Of a stretch of DNA of 64,000 nt, positions 13,148 through 25,544 are shown piece by piece. Position 1 is the first letter of the stretch; every line of letters starts with the position of its first letter. The translations under genes were made by a program, and so were the position numbers. The DNA is from Eledone cirrhosa. Lineage: Eukaryota. The notes under the pieces are model-generated. The model ran no database searches. It worked only from the letters and a program-made list of their open reading frames with translations, and was not told the origin of the DNA. Where the stretch lies: NCBI GenBank assembly GCA_964016885.1, contig OZ024763.1, positions 4,836,001 to 4,900,000 of the forward strand, in the 5' to 3' direction.

Positions 13148-14160
13148 GGCACTGTCAGTGAAAGTAGAAGTAAGTGACGTCTAAACGGGCACTACACCGA
13201 AATTGGCTGTCAGAAGTGAAAGTAGAAGAATTTGACGTCATTCGTCAACCTTCTTAATCGTCAAACCTTCGTATATTTCCGTACCACCACGGGTTTATTT
13301 AGGTTTATTTACGTTAGCGTAGTAATCGATGAAAATATATTTATTTCGCTCTGTATATCAAATTAGAAAACAAGTTAGCGTAATCGATTTGTTCCCCACC
13401 ACCGCCACCATGTGTAAATAAATAAACTTTGATGCAAAACTTGGTTTTTCACTTTGGGATAATACACGTATTTGCAACTTGAAAAATATGAATTCTACCA
13501 TTATACCCCATCGCTACCGTTACTACAGCAGATACCATTAATTGGTTGAAAAAAACATGGCAACTAATACCATGACAGTGCCCTATTTGACAACCTTCTC
13601 AATCGTTTATTTCCGTATCACTATTCCGTTTATTTATGTTTATGATTTTCTAAGAGATACGTTTACGATGAGTTAACACTTATTAAAAAAAAATATGGGT
13701 ACCAAATAACCACGAAATTTTCGAGAGAAACGATAATATACAATCTTATTTAACATGTGCATTAAAAACTACACTAGCTGTTACAATTGTAATTAACGTG
13801 TAAGAACTTAAATAAAAATATAGGTGGCCCTTAAAAGGGCCCGTGTTGAAACAAGTCATGGTAATCAAATTAGAAAACAAATTTAAGTTCAACACCGGGT
13901 CTTTTAAGGGCCACCTATATTTTCATTTAAGTTCTTACACGTTTATTACAATTGTAACAGCTAGTGTAGTTTTTAATGCACATGTTAAATAAGATTGTAT
14001 ATTATCGTTTCTCTCGAAAATTACGTGGTTATTTGGTACCCATATTTTTTTTTTTTATATCATAAACGTAAATAAACGCGTGGTGATACGGAAATAAAGA
14101 TTGAGAAGGTTGACGAATGACGTCACCTTCTTCCTGACAGCTAATACCATGACAGTGCCC
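13148..14160. mobile_element. Nested or duplicated MITE-like foldback element
   Basis: Ends ggcactgtca...tgacagtgccc; internal inverted arms about 13590-13850 and 13890-14112; end motif repeated at 13566-13583. Confidence 0.65.
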
Positions 14161-14180
14161 TAATTTTTCCATCCTCATAT

Positions 14181-14253
<73 letters not shown>

Positions 14254-14334
14254 TAAAAATAACAGATTAAAGTTTAAACAAAAAATCGCTGCTTTCGCCT
14301 TTAATGGGGTCTTCTGATTTTAGTTTTCACATTT

Positions 14335-14442
14335 ATTATCGGTAGAGGGTCAGACGCCATGCTTTCCAGCACAGTTACGTCACTTTACGAACTGAGTTCA
14401 AATCCCGCCGAGGTTAACTTTGCCTTTCATCCTTACGGGGTC
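14335..14442 (+). mobile_element. SINE S1 fragment
   Basis: atcggtagagggtcagacgccatgc...gagttcaaatcccgcc, truncated at the Merlin TIR. Confidence 0.75.
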
Positions 14443-15038
14443 GGTGTTCCTTACTTTTAGCGGTCGCAGTAATGAAAGTAAATTTATTTTCATTTTCGAA
14501 CGTCGTGTTTACATTTTGTATTTGTGTTTAAAGGAAACATGCTGGCGACGAAGTTTCTTCTTTGCACGGCTCCATGTGTTCTCTATGAGCTGTGTGTGCA
14601 CATCAGGGTCCGCAGGATCTACAAAGTTCCGTTCGTGCACCACAACATCATGAACGTAAATCCCACCTTCAATTTCCTCAATTTCCGAATAGGAAGCCCA
14701 ATCATCGGAGATGATGCGGCTGCCTGGCAAAATCCCTGCTGAATGATCAGGACGAGAGTGTCACAGCTTCGATTTGGGACTTCTACAAGGCAGCAGCATC
14801 CAGAATGGCGGACTCACCATTCTGAAAGCCTCCTTACAAGATTACTTCGGTATTGAGTACTCTTCTCTCAACACACACACATATATATATAATCAATTAA
14901 AACGACAGAGGCTCTGATTTTGTCTTTAATCTCAGTAACTAATTTAGATCTAAACACACACACAAAATGTAAACACGACGTTCGAAAATGAAAATAAATT
15001 AACTTTCATTAATGCGACCGCTAAAAGTAAGGAACGCC
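14443..15038 (-). mobile_element. Internally deleted Merlin (IS1595/ISXO2-like) DNA transposon
   Basis: About 85-bp TIRs ggtgttccttacttttagcggtcgc.../...gcgaccgctaaaagtaaggaacgcc; ORF 14509-14730 has IISDDWASY, VVHERNFVDP, HTQLIENTWSRAK motifs. Confidence 0.85.
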
Positions 15039-15215
15039 TATTATTACTATATATATATTCAAATACTGAGGTACATGGCCAACAATTTTAGTGCGGAAGG
15101 GAAAGTCGAATATATCGACCGCAGTATTTGACTATTATCTGTTTCATGAACCTCTGCGAGATTTTAACTCAGTGCGTAATTAACGAAAAGTTATAAAATA
15201 AACAAAAATAGTTTA

Positions 15216-16187
15216 TTATGTTGCCCGAAGTATCACTTTTTTCTTCAAAGTGGAATAAGTATAGGAAATCTGTTCGCATTCGATATTGGTTTTCTTTTCA
15301 TCGACTCTCCTTTTAACTTCATTGTTAACTTCCGAAGATAATGATAAGATGTCACACTTATCTTTATTTTTTCCATATACGTTCGTTAAGCCTTGAATGA
15401 AATAAGTCCCTTCGTCTTTGTCTCTATATCCCAGACCACCACCTACAGTGGCAAAATGAACATACGCATCAGATATCTTGAAATACTCACTCTTTTTGTC
15501 CGTGTATTTGTCACATTGACAAGTGTTGATGTAAATAAGTTTCGGTTTGGTTGACAGTTTGCTTTCAAGTAAAATTTCGTCAATAACTGAATAGGGTAAT
15601 TTTTCACAATCAACTCCAACGATCTTGCCTAATTCACCATGCGACATCAAAAACATTACGAAACAATCCTTAGATGTGACACAATCTTCGTTTACATCAC
15701 GGCGAATTATTTCTTTCATCTGCTCAGCAGTTTTATTTTCATACGAAAAAACTTTGAAATTGAAATTTTCGAAAAGTTCACGGATATTTTTCACGTCGGT
15801 TTCGCTTCCAATTCTCTTTGGAAACTTTCCAGTTTCAAACTCTATATTATTTATCAGAAGCACATAACCACATGGATCAGATGTTATCTTATATTCCGAT
15901 GGATTCTGAAACAGAGCAAGTATTTGATCGTGATTTGATTTTTCCAGAGCCGATATAAGTTTCTCAGAACAGTCGGGTAGTTTCTTGTATATAATGTCAA
16001 ATAATTTTCGCATTTGATTGTCTGGATTGTCCGGAGCTTTGATTTCATTTTTATGTGATGTCTTCAGTAACTTATTTGCTAGAGCATGATCTAAAAAAGT
16101 GTCCAGATCGTCCATAAATTCAATGAACTTAGGACGGGTTTTTTGAAAATCATCTTTAGAAATGTAATCGACGCTTTTAGCACTCAT
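15216..16187 (-). CDS. Intronless caspase-family peptidase (C14) with N-terminal death-fold/CARD-like domain
   Basis: GYVLLINNIEF, R-x-GSETD, FLMSHGE (catalytic His), KPKLIYINTCQC (catalytic Cys position), YRDKDEGTYFIQ, QISYTYSTLKKK; helical N-terminal ~95 aa resembles CARD. Confidence 0.88.
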   Translation of the reverse strand: MSAKSVDYISKDDFQKTRPKFIEFMDDLDTFLDHALANKLLKTSHKNEIKAPDNPDNQMRKLFDIIYKKLPDCSEKLISALEKSNHDQILALFQNPSEYKITSDPCGYVLLINNIEFETGKFPKRIGSETDVKNIRELFENFNFKVFSYENKTAEQMKEIIRRDVNEDCVTSKDCFVMFLMSHGELGKIVGVDCEKLPYSVIDEILLESKLSTKPKLIYINTCQCDKYTDKKSEYFKISDAYVHFATVGGGLGYRDKDEGTYFIQGLTNVYGKNKDKCDILSLSSEVNNEVKRRVDEKKTNIECEQISYTYSTLKKKVILRAT

Positions 16188-16536
16188 GGTTATATAGATA
16201 ATAACAAATCCAATAAAGAAATGCGAATTTATCGTAAAATATTCGGCAATTACGCGAAATGAAGTAGTTTATCATTACTTCAACATATCTACGGTGTAAC
16301 TAAAGTACAGTAATACTTTTTCTTTGTTCCGGGATGAAATGTATAGACTTTAGCTGGTTGGTATGTATGTATGTCAAACGCACGCATGCATATATATACG
16401 ATATTAAATAAATGGAAACTATATTTATAAAACCATATTTATTTCACTATATATATTTCAGGGATATCATATTAATAAATATTTACTAGTTGTAACCCAA
16501 CAATTTAAATATAACTTTCCATATATATATATATAT

Positions 16537-17102
16537 ATATTGTTATACTTTGGGAGGGTCATGTTGCCAATAAGAAACACACGCACCAGTTGCTTTCACT
16601 TCAATTTAATTTAATATATATTTATAAATTTACAAATTTATAAATTTCTGGTTGGTTGGTTGGTTCCACAACCAGATAGTTGTTTATATATATATAGTCA
16701 TAGTTCTTTCGTCACACACTCTGTGACCTCTTCAGTGACTGGGGATTTCTTTCTTCGTTTCTGTGCCTTTCCTTTCTTCTATCCTACGCAAAATGGCGTA
16801 GGATAGAAGAAAGGAAAGGCACAGAAACGAAGAAAGAAATCCCCAGTCACTGAAGAGGTCACAGAGTGTGTGACGAAAGAACTATGACTATATATATATA
16901 AACAACTATCTGGTTGTGGAACCAACCAACCAACCAGAAATTTATAAATTTGTAAATTTATAAATATATATTAAATTAAATTGAAGTGAAAGCAACTGGT
17001 GCGTGTGTTTCTTATTGGCAACATGACCCTCCCAAAGTATAACAATATCGGTTTCAACACACGATTTCAGATAAAGAATCTTGCTAAACAAATTCAGAAA
17101 CG

Positions 17103-17105
<3 letters not shown>
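16537..17105. mobile_element. Perfect 253-bp-arm foldback with a hammerhead-like motif in each arm
   Basis: Arms 16537-16789 and 16796-17048, 6-nt loop; AGTCA-CTGAAGA-GGTCACAgagtgTGTGAC-GAAA-GAAC-TA-TGACT at 16845-16889 (+) and 16696-16740 (-); diverged copy at 24584-24880. Confidence 0.75.
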
Positions 17106-17174
<69 letters not shown>

Positions 17175-17179
<5 letters not shown>

Positions 17180-17833
17180 AGGTTAAGAATAACGTCCTCG
17201 AAATTGAAACTAGGTTTCCTGACAAGTGAATGTGTTTTTTTTTTTTTTTACAATGAAATTTACGATACACTCTTTGTTTATTTACAACAGGTCTCTATAG
17301 TGATATGGTGTTAATTAGTATTGCGTGTGTGATTATTTTCTCTTATATATATATATATGTGTGGGTGTGTATATGTGTGTATATATATGTGTCTGTATGT
17401 ATATATATATGTGTGTTTGTATATATGTGTTTGTGTCATCATCATCGTTTAGATGTTTTTGTAATATCTTGCCAAAGTTGGCACCAACTATAAACAAATT
17501 AAGGCCGGGTCATAAGAAGGACAGAGAATGATAAGGGATTTGGGTAAAAACATCTAAACGATGATGATGACACAAACACACATATATATACAAACACACA
17601 TATATATATATACATACAGACACATATATATACACACATATACACACCCACACATATATATATATAAGAGAAAATAATCACACACGCAATACTAATTAAC
17701 ACCATATCACTATAGCGACCTGTTGTAAATAAACAAAGAGTGTATCGTAAATTTCATTGTAAAAAAACAAACAAACACATTCACTTGTCAGAAAACCTAG
17801 TTTCAATTTCGAGGACGTTATTCTTAACCTATG

Positions 17834-17837
<4 letters not shown>
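17175..17837. repeat. Long inverted repeat (foldback) between (TA)n tracts
   Basis: About 285-bp arms ggcataggttaagaat.../...attcttaacctatgcc with a ~85-bp spacer. Confidence 0.8.
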
Positions 17838-17931
<94 letters not shown>

Positions 17932-17961
17932 ATCAAAAGATGGTTAAAGGAGTTCCATGTA

Positions 17962-18028
17962 TTTTATTATGCGCATTTCAAAAACAAACATCATCATGCA
18001 ATAATATTTGTGTTTTCATCAGATAAAA
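17962..18028 (-). ncRNA. Minimal type I hammerhead motif inside foldback 17925-18266
   Basis: TTTTAT-CTGATGA-stem II-GAAA-TGCGCA-TA-ATAAAA; the opposite arm (18163-18229) has GAAA changed to AAAA. Confidence 0.72.
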
Positions 18029-18352
18029 CAGGAGAACATGATATGAAGGCTAAAAAACACTTGTGGATAGTGCAGTTTTAAATCAACATTTTTAAATCAA
18101 CAGTTTTAAATCAACTGCACTATCCACAAGTGTTTTTTTAGCCTTCATATCATGTTCTCCTGTTTTATCTGATGAAAACACAAATATTATTGCATGATGA
18201 TGTTTGTTTTTAAAATGCGCATAATAAAATACATGGAACTCCTTTAACCATCTTTTGATCTTATATTATGCATACTCCAGTCCTACAAACTGTAGAGTGC
18301 TTCTTATCCGATATCTGCATTGCTTTATTGTACTACAATAAAACTCACCTCC

Positions 18353-18404
<52 letters not shown>

Positions 18405-18621
18405 TTCAAAATATTAACAAAATAGATATCTATTTTGTTAATATTTTGAATTAATATATATATATGCATGCGTGCGCTTGACATACATACATACCAACCA
18501 GCTAAAGTCTATACATTTCATCCCGGAACAAAGAAAAAGTATGTACTTCCAATCTATTGTAAAACTCATTCTTTGATTTATTTATTGAACCTTGTTTAAC
18601 TTATATATATATATATATATA

Positions 18622-19340
18622 GATGTTGGTATGGTCACGTGATGCGCATGAAAGACGACAGCTGTATAACAAAGTGCAGGGCAATAAAGATAGACGGTAG
18701 CCACGGAGTAGGCAGACCCAGAAAAACCTGGGACGAGCTGATAAATTCCGACCTCACACACTTACACCTCTCCAAGACAATGTCACTGGACCGAGACCTT
18801 TGGCGGTACTCAGTAATAGAGAAGATCCGCCTTACCTAAATACAAAGTAAAACCTACTACAGTCAGTAGGCACCTCTAACAAAACACACCCCCGGGTCCC
18901 ACCACCCCCACCCCATCCACACCGCCCCTTTCAATGTAAAGTTATGTTGGTGCCACAACATCCAGGCCGAAACAAATGAGATCGTGTAGGTGTCACGACA
19001 AAAAAAACACACAGTCCACGCTGTAATGTGACCGTGTAGGTAACACGGTAAAAACCTCCCAGCCCCACACTGTAAATGTGGTTGGTGTTAGGAAGGGCAT
19101 CCAGCTGTAGAAAACCCGCCAGACAGTCCACGCTGTAATGTGGCCGTGTAGGTAACACGGTAAAAACCTCCCAGCCCCACACTGTAAACGTGGTTGGTGT
19201 TAAGAAGGGCATCCAGCTGTAGAGAACCCGCCAGACAGTCCTATGTGAGCAATGACAACCACTCTTGCCTCAAGTGGGAAAACTCCCGTCCAAACCCATG
19301 CAAGCGTGGAACATGGACGTTAAACGATGATGATGATGAT
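18622..19340 (+). mobile_element. 5'-truncated RTE LINE with 3' UTR and (GAT)n tail
   Basis: WYGHVMRMKDDSCITKC...GRPRKTWDELI; tail ...ggacgttaaacgatgatgat. Confidence 0.85.
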
Positions 19341-19604
19341 ATATATATCGTCGGGAGTTTTATATATGTCTGTTAGGCATTTTTTTGTACTTATATCATT
19401 CCTTTTTTTAGATAAGGAAACTACCCAGACAACCTGTAAACATTTCTGTCACTGATGCATATAAGAAAAAAGTATATTAGAGTTAAAAATAAACTATTAA
19501 TATTAATATATGTATATAAATTGTATAGAGCATATTTGTGAGGGTGAAGAGAGAGTGAAATAATTATATTTAATTATTTAATTATATATTTTGGAAGTGT
19601 AATA

Positions 19605-19796
19605 ATAATTGTTTCTACTTTTGGCACAAGGCCAGCAAAAAACCCAGTTCATTGCTGGTACTTTATTTTATTGACCCGGTAAGGATGAAAGGCAAAGTTA
19701 ACCTCAACAGGACTGGAACTCAGACCGTAAAGGAACGTAACTATGCTGGAAAACATGGCGTCCGACCCTTTACCAATACTGCCAATTCACCGCCCT
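19605..19796 (-). mobile_element. SINE S1
   Basis: Full S1 reverse complement from gggcggtgaattggcagt to the tail. Confidence 0.75.
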
Positions 19797-19797
19797 A

Positions 19798-19962
19798 AAA
19801 TATTGTGTACAGTGCTCAGGTGCACTACAACTCATCAAAAGTGTATGTATAGTACAAAGGGTAATGTACAAACGTCAGGAAAATGAACAGTGCATGAGTC
19901 ATTTGTGCATGTGTATAGAAGGGGGACATCAGGTGTAGTTTTGGCGAATTTCGTGAAGCATG
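19798..19962 (-). mobile_element. CR1-like LINE 3' UTR fragment
   Basis: Reverse complement of 47300-47475. Confidence 0.65.
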
Positions 19963-20240
19963 TATCTATAATATAATGTGAGAATTATAAATGTGTTATT
20001 TAATTTTTATTAATTCAACTATAACAATTATTATGTAAAATATATTTATTTAATATTGATTGTTTTTTGTAGTTGTTTATATTAAAAGTCTGAAAATATT
20101 TTTATACATCTTACAATAATATTTATAAGATCATTTATAATAACAATTATATAATCTAATTACATTACAAAGATAATTTATTATTAATATATATCATGTT
20201 TAACTAGAATTATTACAAGCGTTGCTTAAAAAAATATTAA

Positions 20241-20685
20241 ACTAGACCTGAAAAATGCGCAAGCTCAAAAGAGCCACAGAATGTTATAATAAACCTTCAA
20301 AAGTGTGGGACTAGAGTTGTTGCTCAAAAATATTGTAATCATTATCTATCGTAGACTCTGTGGCATCCTTTTATAAAAAAGAGACTCATAACGAACTCAA
20401 GACGACATGATAATTATTTAAGTGAATTTATAATATAGAATTCGGTTTAAGTGCATTTCGTATTGATCATTACCAAACATCTAATATGAGATATTGAACA
20501 TTAGCTTAAATAATTATCGTGTCATCTTGAGTTCGTTATGAATCTCTTTTTTATAAAAGGATGCCACAGAGTGTACGATAGATAATGATTACAATATTTT
20601 TGAACAACAACTCTAGTCCCACACTTTTGAAGGTTTATTATAACATTCTGTGGCTCTTTTGAGCTTGCGCATTTTTCAAGTTTAG
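20241..20685. repeat. Inverted repeat (foldback)
   Basis: Arms about 20241-20422 and 20504-20685; no clear hammerhead core. Confidence 0.75.
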
Positions 20686-21099
20686 TATATATAGAAAGAG
20701 AGGTAGTCATAGTAGTAGTAGTAGAAGTACACACACACACACATATATATATATGTATATATGTATGTATCCATCTGTATACACCAGATTTATTTAACAA
20801 AATAAATACAGCAAAGTTAGAGTTATTATATTGACTGGAAAAATACTTTATAAAGACACCTTGAAAATAAAAAAAGAAAGATGGAATGTCCTTCCATTTC
20901 ATCAAACTCTGAGCTCCAGTGCACATATAATAAGGATTTTCATTAAATTTTATTGAAAGATGCCTTGGAACCAGTTTGGTGTACAGTGATGCAGATTCTG
21001 TGATTCTACCATTTCCAATTTGTATACATACTCATGAACAGACCCAGTTGTGCATCAAACACAGTATTGGTTGCATCAAACAGCACATCATATGTCAGT

Positions 21100-21750
21100 T
21101 TAATATGGCCCAAATACAGTTATAGATCTGTAAAATAATAATAAGAAGAAGAATAAGAAGAAGGAAAAAAATGCCTTCTAATTGATGTATCAATCCCCAC
21201 AGACGACAATATCTCTTCCAAGGAAATAGAGAAACTCTCCAAATATAAAGATCTAGAGATGGAAATAACTCGAACGTGGAAAATGAAAACAGAAACAATA
21301 CCTAGAATAATACATATTCTGGGAATGATAAAAAAGACTCACAAATACATAACCAAAACCCCAGGACTTATATTCAGCATACAAAAGATAATTGTTTCTA
21401 CTTTAGGCACAAGGCCAGCAATTACCCAGTACATTACTGGTACTTTATTTTATCGACCCCATAAGGATGAAAGGCAAAGTTAACCTCGGCGGGATTTGAA
21501 CTCAGTTCATAAAGGGACGTAACTATGCTAGAAAGCATGGCGTCCAACCCTCTACTGATACTGCCAATTCACCGACAAAAGATAATACTACTAGGTACTG
21601 CATACATATTACGAAAAGTACTATCAATACAATAGAAACAACACCACCAAAACCTACACTGCACATGCCCAAGGTGCACAGAGCTGCGCTCGGTAAAACA
21701 CTAATGATGTTCAATAAAAATTATAATTGAAATGATAATAATAATAATTG
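21100..21750 (+). mobile_element. R4/Dong-like (RLE endonuclease) LINE 3' end, interrupted by SINE S1
   Basis: CLLIDVSIPTDDNISSKEIEKLSKYKDLEMEITRTW...IQKIILLGTAYILRKVL; SINE 21393-21574 flanked by 12-bp TSD acaaaagataat (21381-21392, 21575-21586); TAA-rich tail. Confidence 0.75.
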
Positions 21751-21819
21751 CCCCTACTTTGGCACAAGGCCAGCAATTACCCCAGTGCATTACCGGTTCT
21801 ATATATATGTATATATATG

Positions 21820-21888
<69 letters not shown>

Positions 21889-21989
21889 GTATATATATGT
21901 ATATATATATATGTATATATATATATGTATATATATATGTATATATATATATGTATATATATATGTATATATATATGTATATATATATG

Positions 21990-22023
<34 letters not shown>

Positions 22024-22374
22024 CATATATATATACATATATATATATATACATATATATATATACATATATATACATATATATACATATATATACATAT
22101 ATATACATATATATATACATATATATACATATATATACATATATATATACATATATATACATATATATACACATATATACACATATATATATACACATAT
22201 ATATATACATATATATATATACACATATACATATATATATATACACATATATATATACATATATATATATATACATATATATACATACATATATATATAC
22301 ATATATATACATAGATATATATACATATATATATATACATATATATATATACATATATATATACATATATATAT

Positions 22375-22690
22375 CATCAACGTTTAACGTCTGTGTTCCA
22401 CGCCTGCATGGGTTTGGACGGGGGTAGTCCCACTTGAGGCAAGAGTGATTGTCTTGCTCGCATAGGACTGTCTGGCAGGTTTTCTACAGTTGGATGCCCT
22501 TCCTAACACCAACCACATTTACAGTGTGGGTCTGGGAGGTTTTTGCCGTGTTGCCTACACGGCCACATTACAGCGTGGACTGTGTGTTTTTTTGTCGTGA
22601 CACCTAAACGATCTCGTTTGTTTCGGCCTGGATGGCGCGGCACCAACATAACTTTACATAGAACGGGGTGGTGTGGATGGGGTGGGATAC
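22375..22690 (-). mobile_element. RTE 3' UTR / RTE-tailed SINE
   Basis: Reverse complement of the 18930-19340 sequence. Confidence 0.75.
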
Positions 22691-22716
22691 ATATATATAT
22701 ACATATATATATATAC

Positions 22717-22761
<45 letters not shown>

Positions 22762-22777
22762 CATATAAATATACATA

Positions 22778-23033
22778 TATATGGTGGCTGCCAACTCGTT
22801 TTCGAGTACGGCCACTACTTTATATCCATGTAGGAGAACTCCTACCGATGCGCTGAACGAGTGTGACTTTTTAGTCCAGCCAGCGACTTGAAAACTCTGG
22901 TACAAACACTACACTTGTGACAATTATTGACACATACATATATATATATACACATATATATATACATATATATATACATATATATATACATATATATATA
23001 CATATACATATATATATACATATATATATATAC

Positions 23034-23078
<45 letters not shown>

Positions 23079-23252
23079 CATATAAATATACATATATATG
23101 GTGGCTGCCAACTCGTTTTCGAGTACGGCCACTACTTTATATCCATGTAGGAGAACTCCTACCGATGCGCTGAACGAGTGTGACTTTTTAGTCCAGCCAG
23201 CGACTTGAAAACTCTGGTACAAACACTACACTTGTGACAATTATTGACACAT
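22778..23252 (-). mobile_element. Tandemly duplicated (317-bp period) LINE 3' end with terminal C2H2 finger
   Basis: [23 protein letters not shown] plus short UTR at 22778-22935 and 23095-23252; a terminal C2H2 is typical of RTE ORF ends. Confidence 0.6.
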
Positions 23253-23306
23253 ACATATATATATATACACATATATATATACATATATATATACATATAT
23301 ATATAC

Positions 23307-23352
<46 letters not shown>

Positions 23353-23618
23353 ATGCATATATATATACATATATACATATATATACATATATATATATAT
23401 ACATATATACATATACATATACATATACATATATATATACATATATATATACATATATATATACATATATATATACACATATATATATACATATATATAT
23501 ACATATATATATACATATATATATACACATATATATATACATATATATATACATATATATATATACATATATATATACATATATATATATACATATATAT
23601 ATATACATATATATATAC

Positions 23619-23649
<31 letters not shown>

Positions 23650-25106
23650 CATATATACATATATATATATACATATATATATACATATATATATATACAT
23701 ATATATATACATATATATATATACACATATATATATACATATATATATATACACATATATATATACATATATATATACACATATATATATACATATATAT
23801 ATACATATATATATACATATATATATATATACATATATATATATACATATATACATATATATATGCATATATATATACATATATATATACATATATATAT
23901 ACATATATATACATATATATATACATATATATATATACACATATATATATACATATATATATACACATATATATATACATATATATATACATATATATAT
24001 ACATATATATATATATACATATACATATATATATGCATATATATATACATATATACATATATATACATATATATATACATATACATATACATATATATAT
24101 ACATATATATATACACATATATATACACATATATATATACATATATATATACATATATATATACATATATACATATATATATACATATATATATATACAT
24201 ACATATATATATACATACATATATATACACATACATATATATACACATATATATATATACACATATATATATATACACATACATATATATACACATACAT
24301 ATATATATACACATACATATACATACCCATACATATATATACCCATACATATATATATACCCACATACATATATATATACATACATACATATATACATAT
24401 ATATACATACATACAGATATACATATATATATACATATATATGTACACATATATATACATATATATATACATATATATATATACATATATATATATACAT
24501 ATATATATATATACATATATATACATATACATATATATACATATACATATATATATACATATACATATATATATATATATATATATTGTTATACTTTGGG
24601 AGGGTCATGTTGCCAACAAGAAACACACGCACCAGTTGCTTTCACTCCAATTTATTATAAATTAAATTTATAAATTTCCGGTTGGTTGCTTGGTTCCATA
24701 ACCGGACGGTTGTTCATATATTGTCAAAGTTCTTTCGCTACACATTCTGTGACCTCTTCAGTGACTGGGATTCTTTTCTTTGTTTTATGCCTCGCCTATG
24801 TTCTGTCCTACGCCACCTTGTTTTTGTGTGTGTTGACAACACACACAAAAACAAGATAAAGAATCTTGCCAAACGAAATATATATATATATATATATAGT
24901 ATTAATTATACTATTTATGGTTATGTAAATACAAAAACCTTTTGCAGTTATATGTATTTTTTTATACAAACCCTAAATAGTGGTAGGCAGTAATATATTA
25001 CTACCTTATTACCAGTAAGTTAAGTAGCTCAATGTAAAAACATCAGATGATTTACAGAGCAGTTATATGAAATATAAGAATCAAAGAACTGTTCAAAACA
25101 TTTTTG

Positions 25107-25153
25107 TGCTTACAACTGTTTCCTCCAAACCAAGGTTTGAATTCTTCAGAGCA
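25107..25153 (-). ncRNA. Minimal type I hammerhead motif in foldback 25066-25490
   Basis: TGCT-CTGAAGA-ATTCAAACCttGGTTTGGAG-GAAA-CAGTTG-TA-AGCA; the opposite arm (25403-25449) has CCGAAGA. Confidence 0.7.
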
Positions 25154-25480
25154 ATTTATTAATGAATGGACAGTTATATGACCTCCTTTTCACCCAAGAG
25201 ACATACAGATACATATGCAAATATTGTGGGTCAACATTCATTACAGAATTTAGAGTGGCAGTACACACTTAGAGATTACATTCATATTAAAAGGTACAAT
25301 CAAAAATCAAAAATACAGGTTAAAATACAACATATTTGCATATGTATCTGTATGTCTCTTGGGTGAAAAGGAGGTCATATAACTGTCCATTCATTAATAA
25401 ATTGCTCCGAAGAATCCAAACCTTGGTTTGGAGGAAACAGTTGTAAGCACAATAATGTTTTGAACAGTTCTTTGATTCTT

Positions 25481-25541
<61 letters not shown>

Positions 25542-25544
<3 letters not shown>

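Larger units (their letters stand above)
21800..24586. repeat. Very long (TA)n/(TACA) microsatellite blocks with embedded TE ends
   Basis: Directly visible; source of the IY/YI ORFs. Confidence 0.95.

Noticed and set aside
21701-24673. Long IY/YI ORFs in all frames
   Set aside because: Stop-free (TA)n microsatellite.
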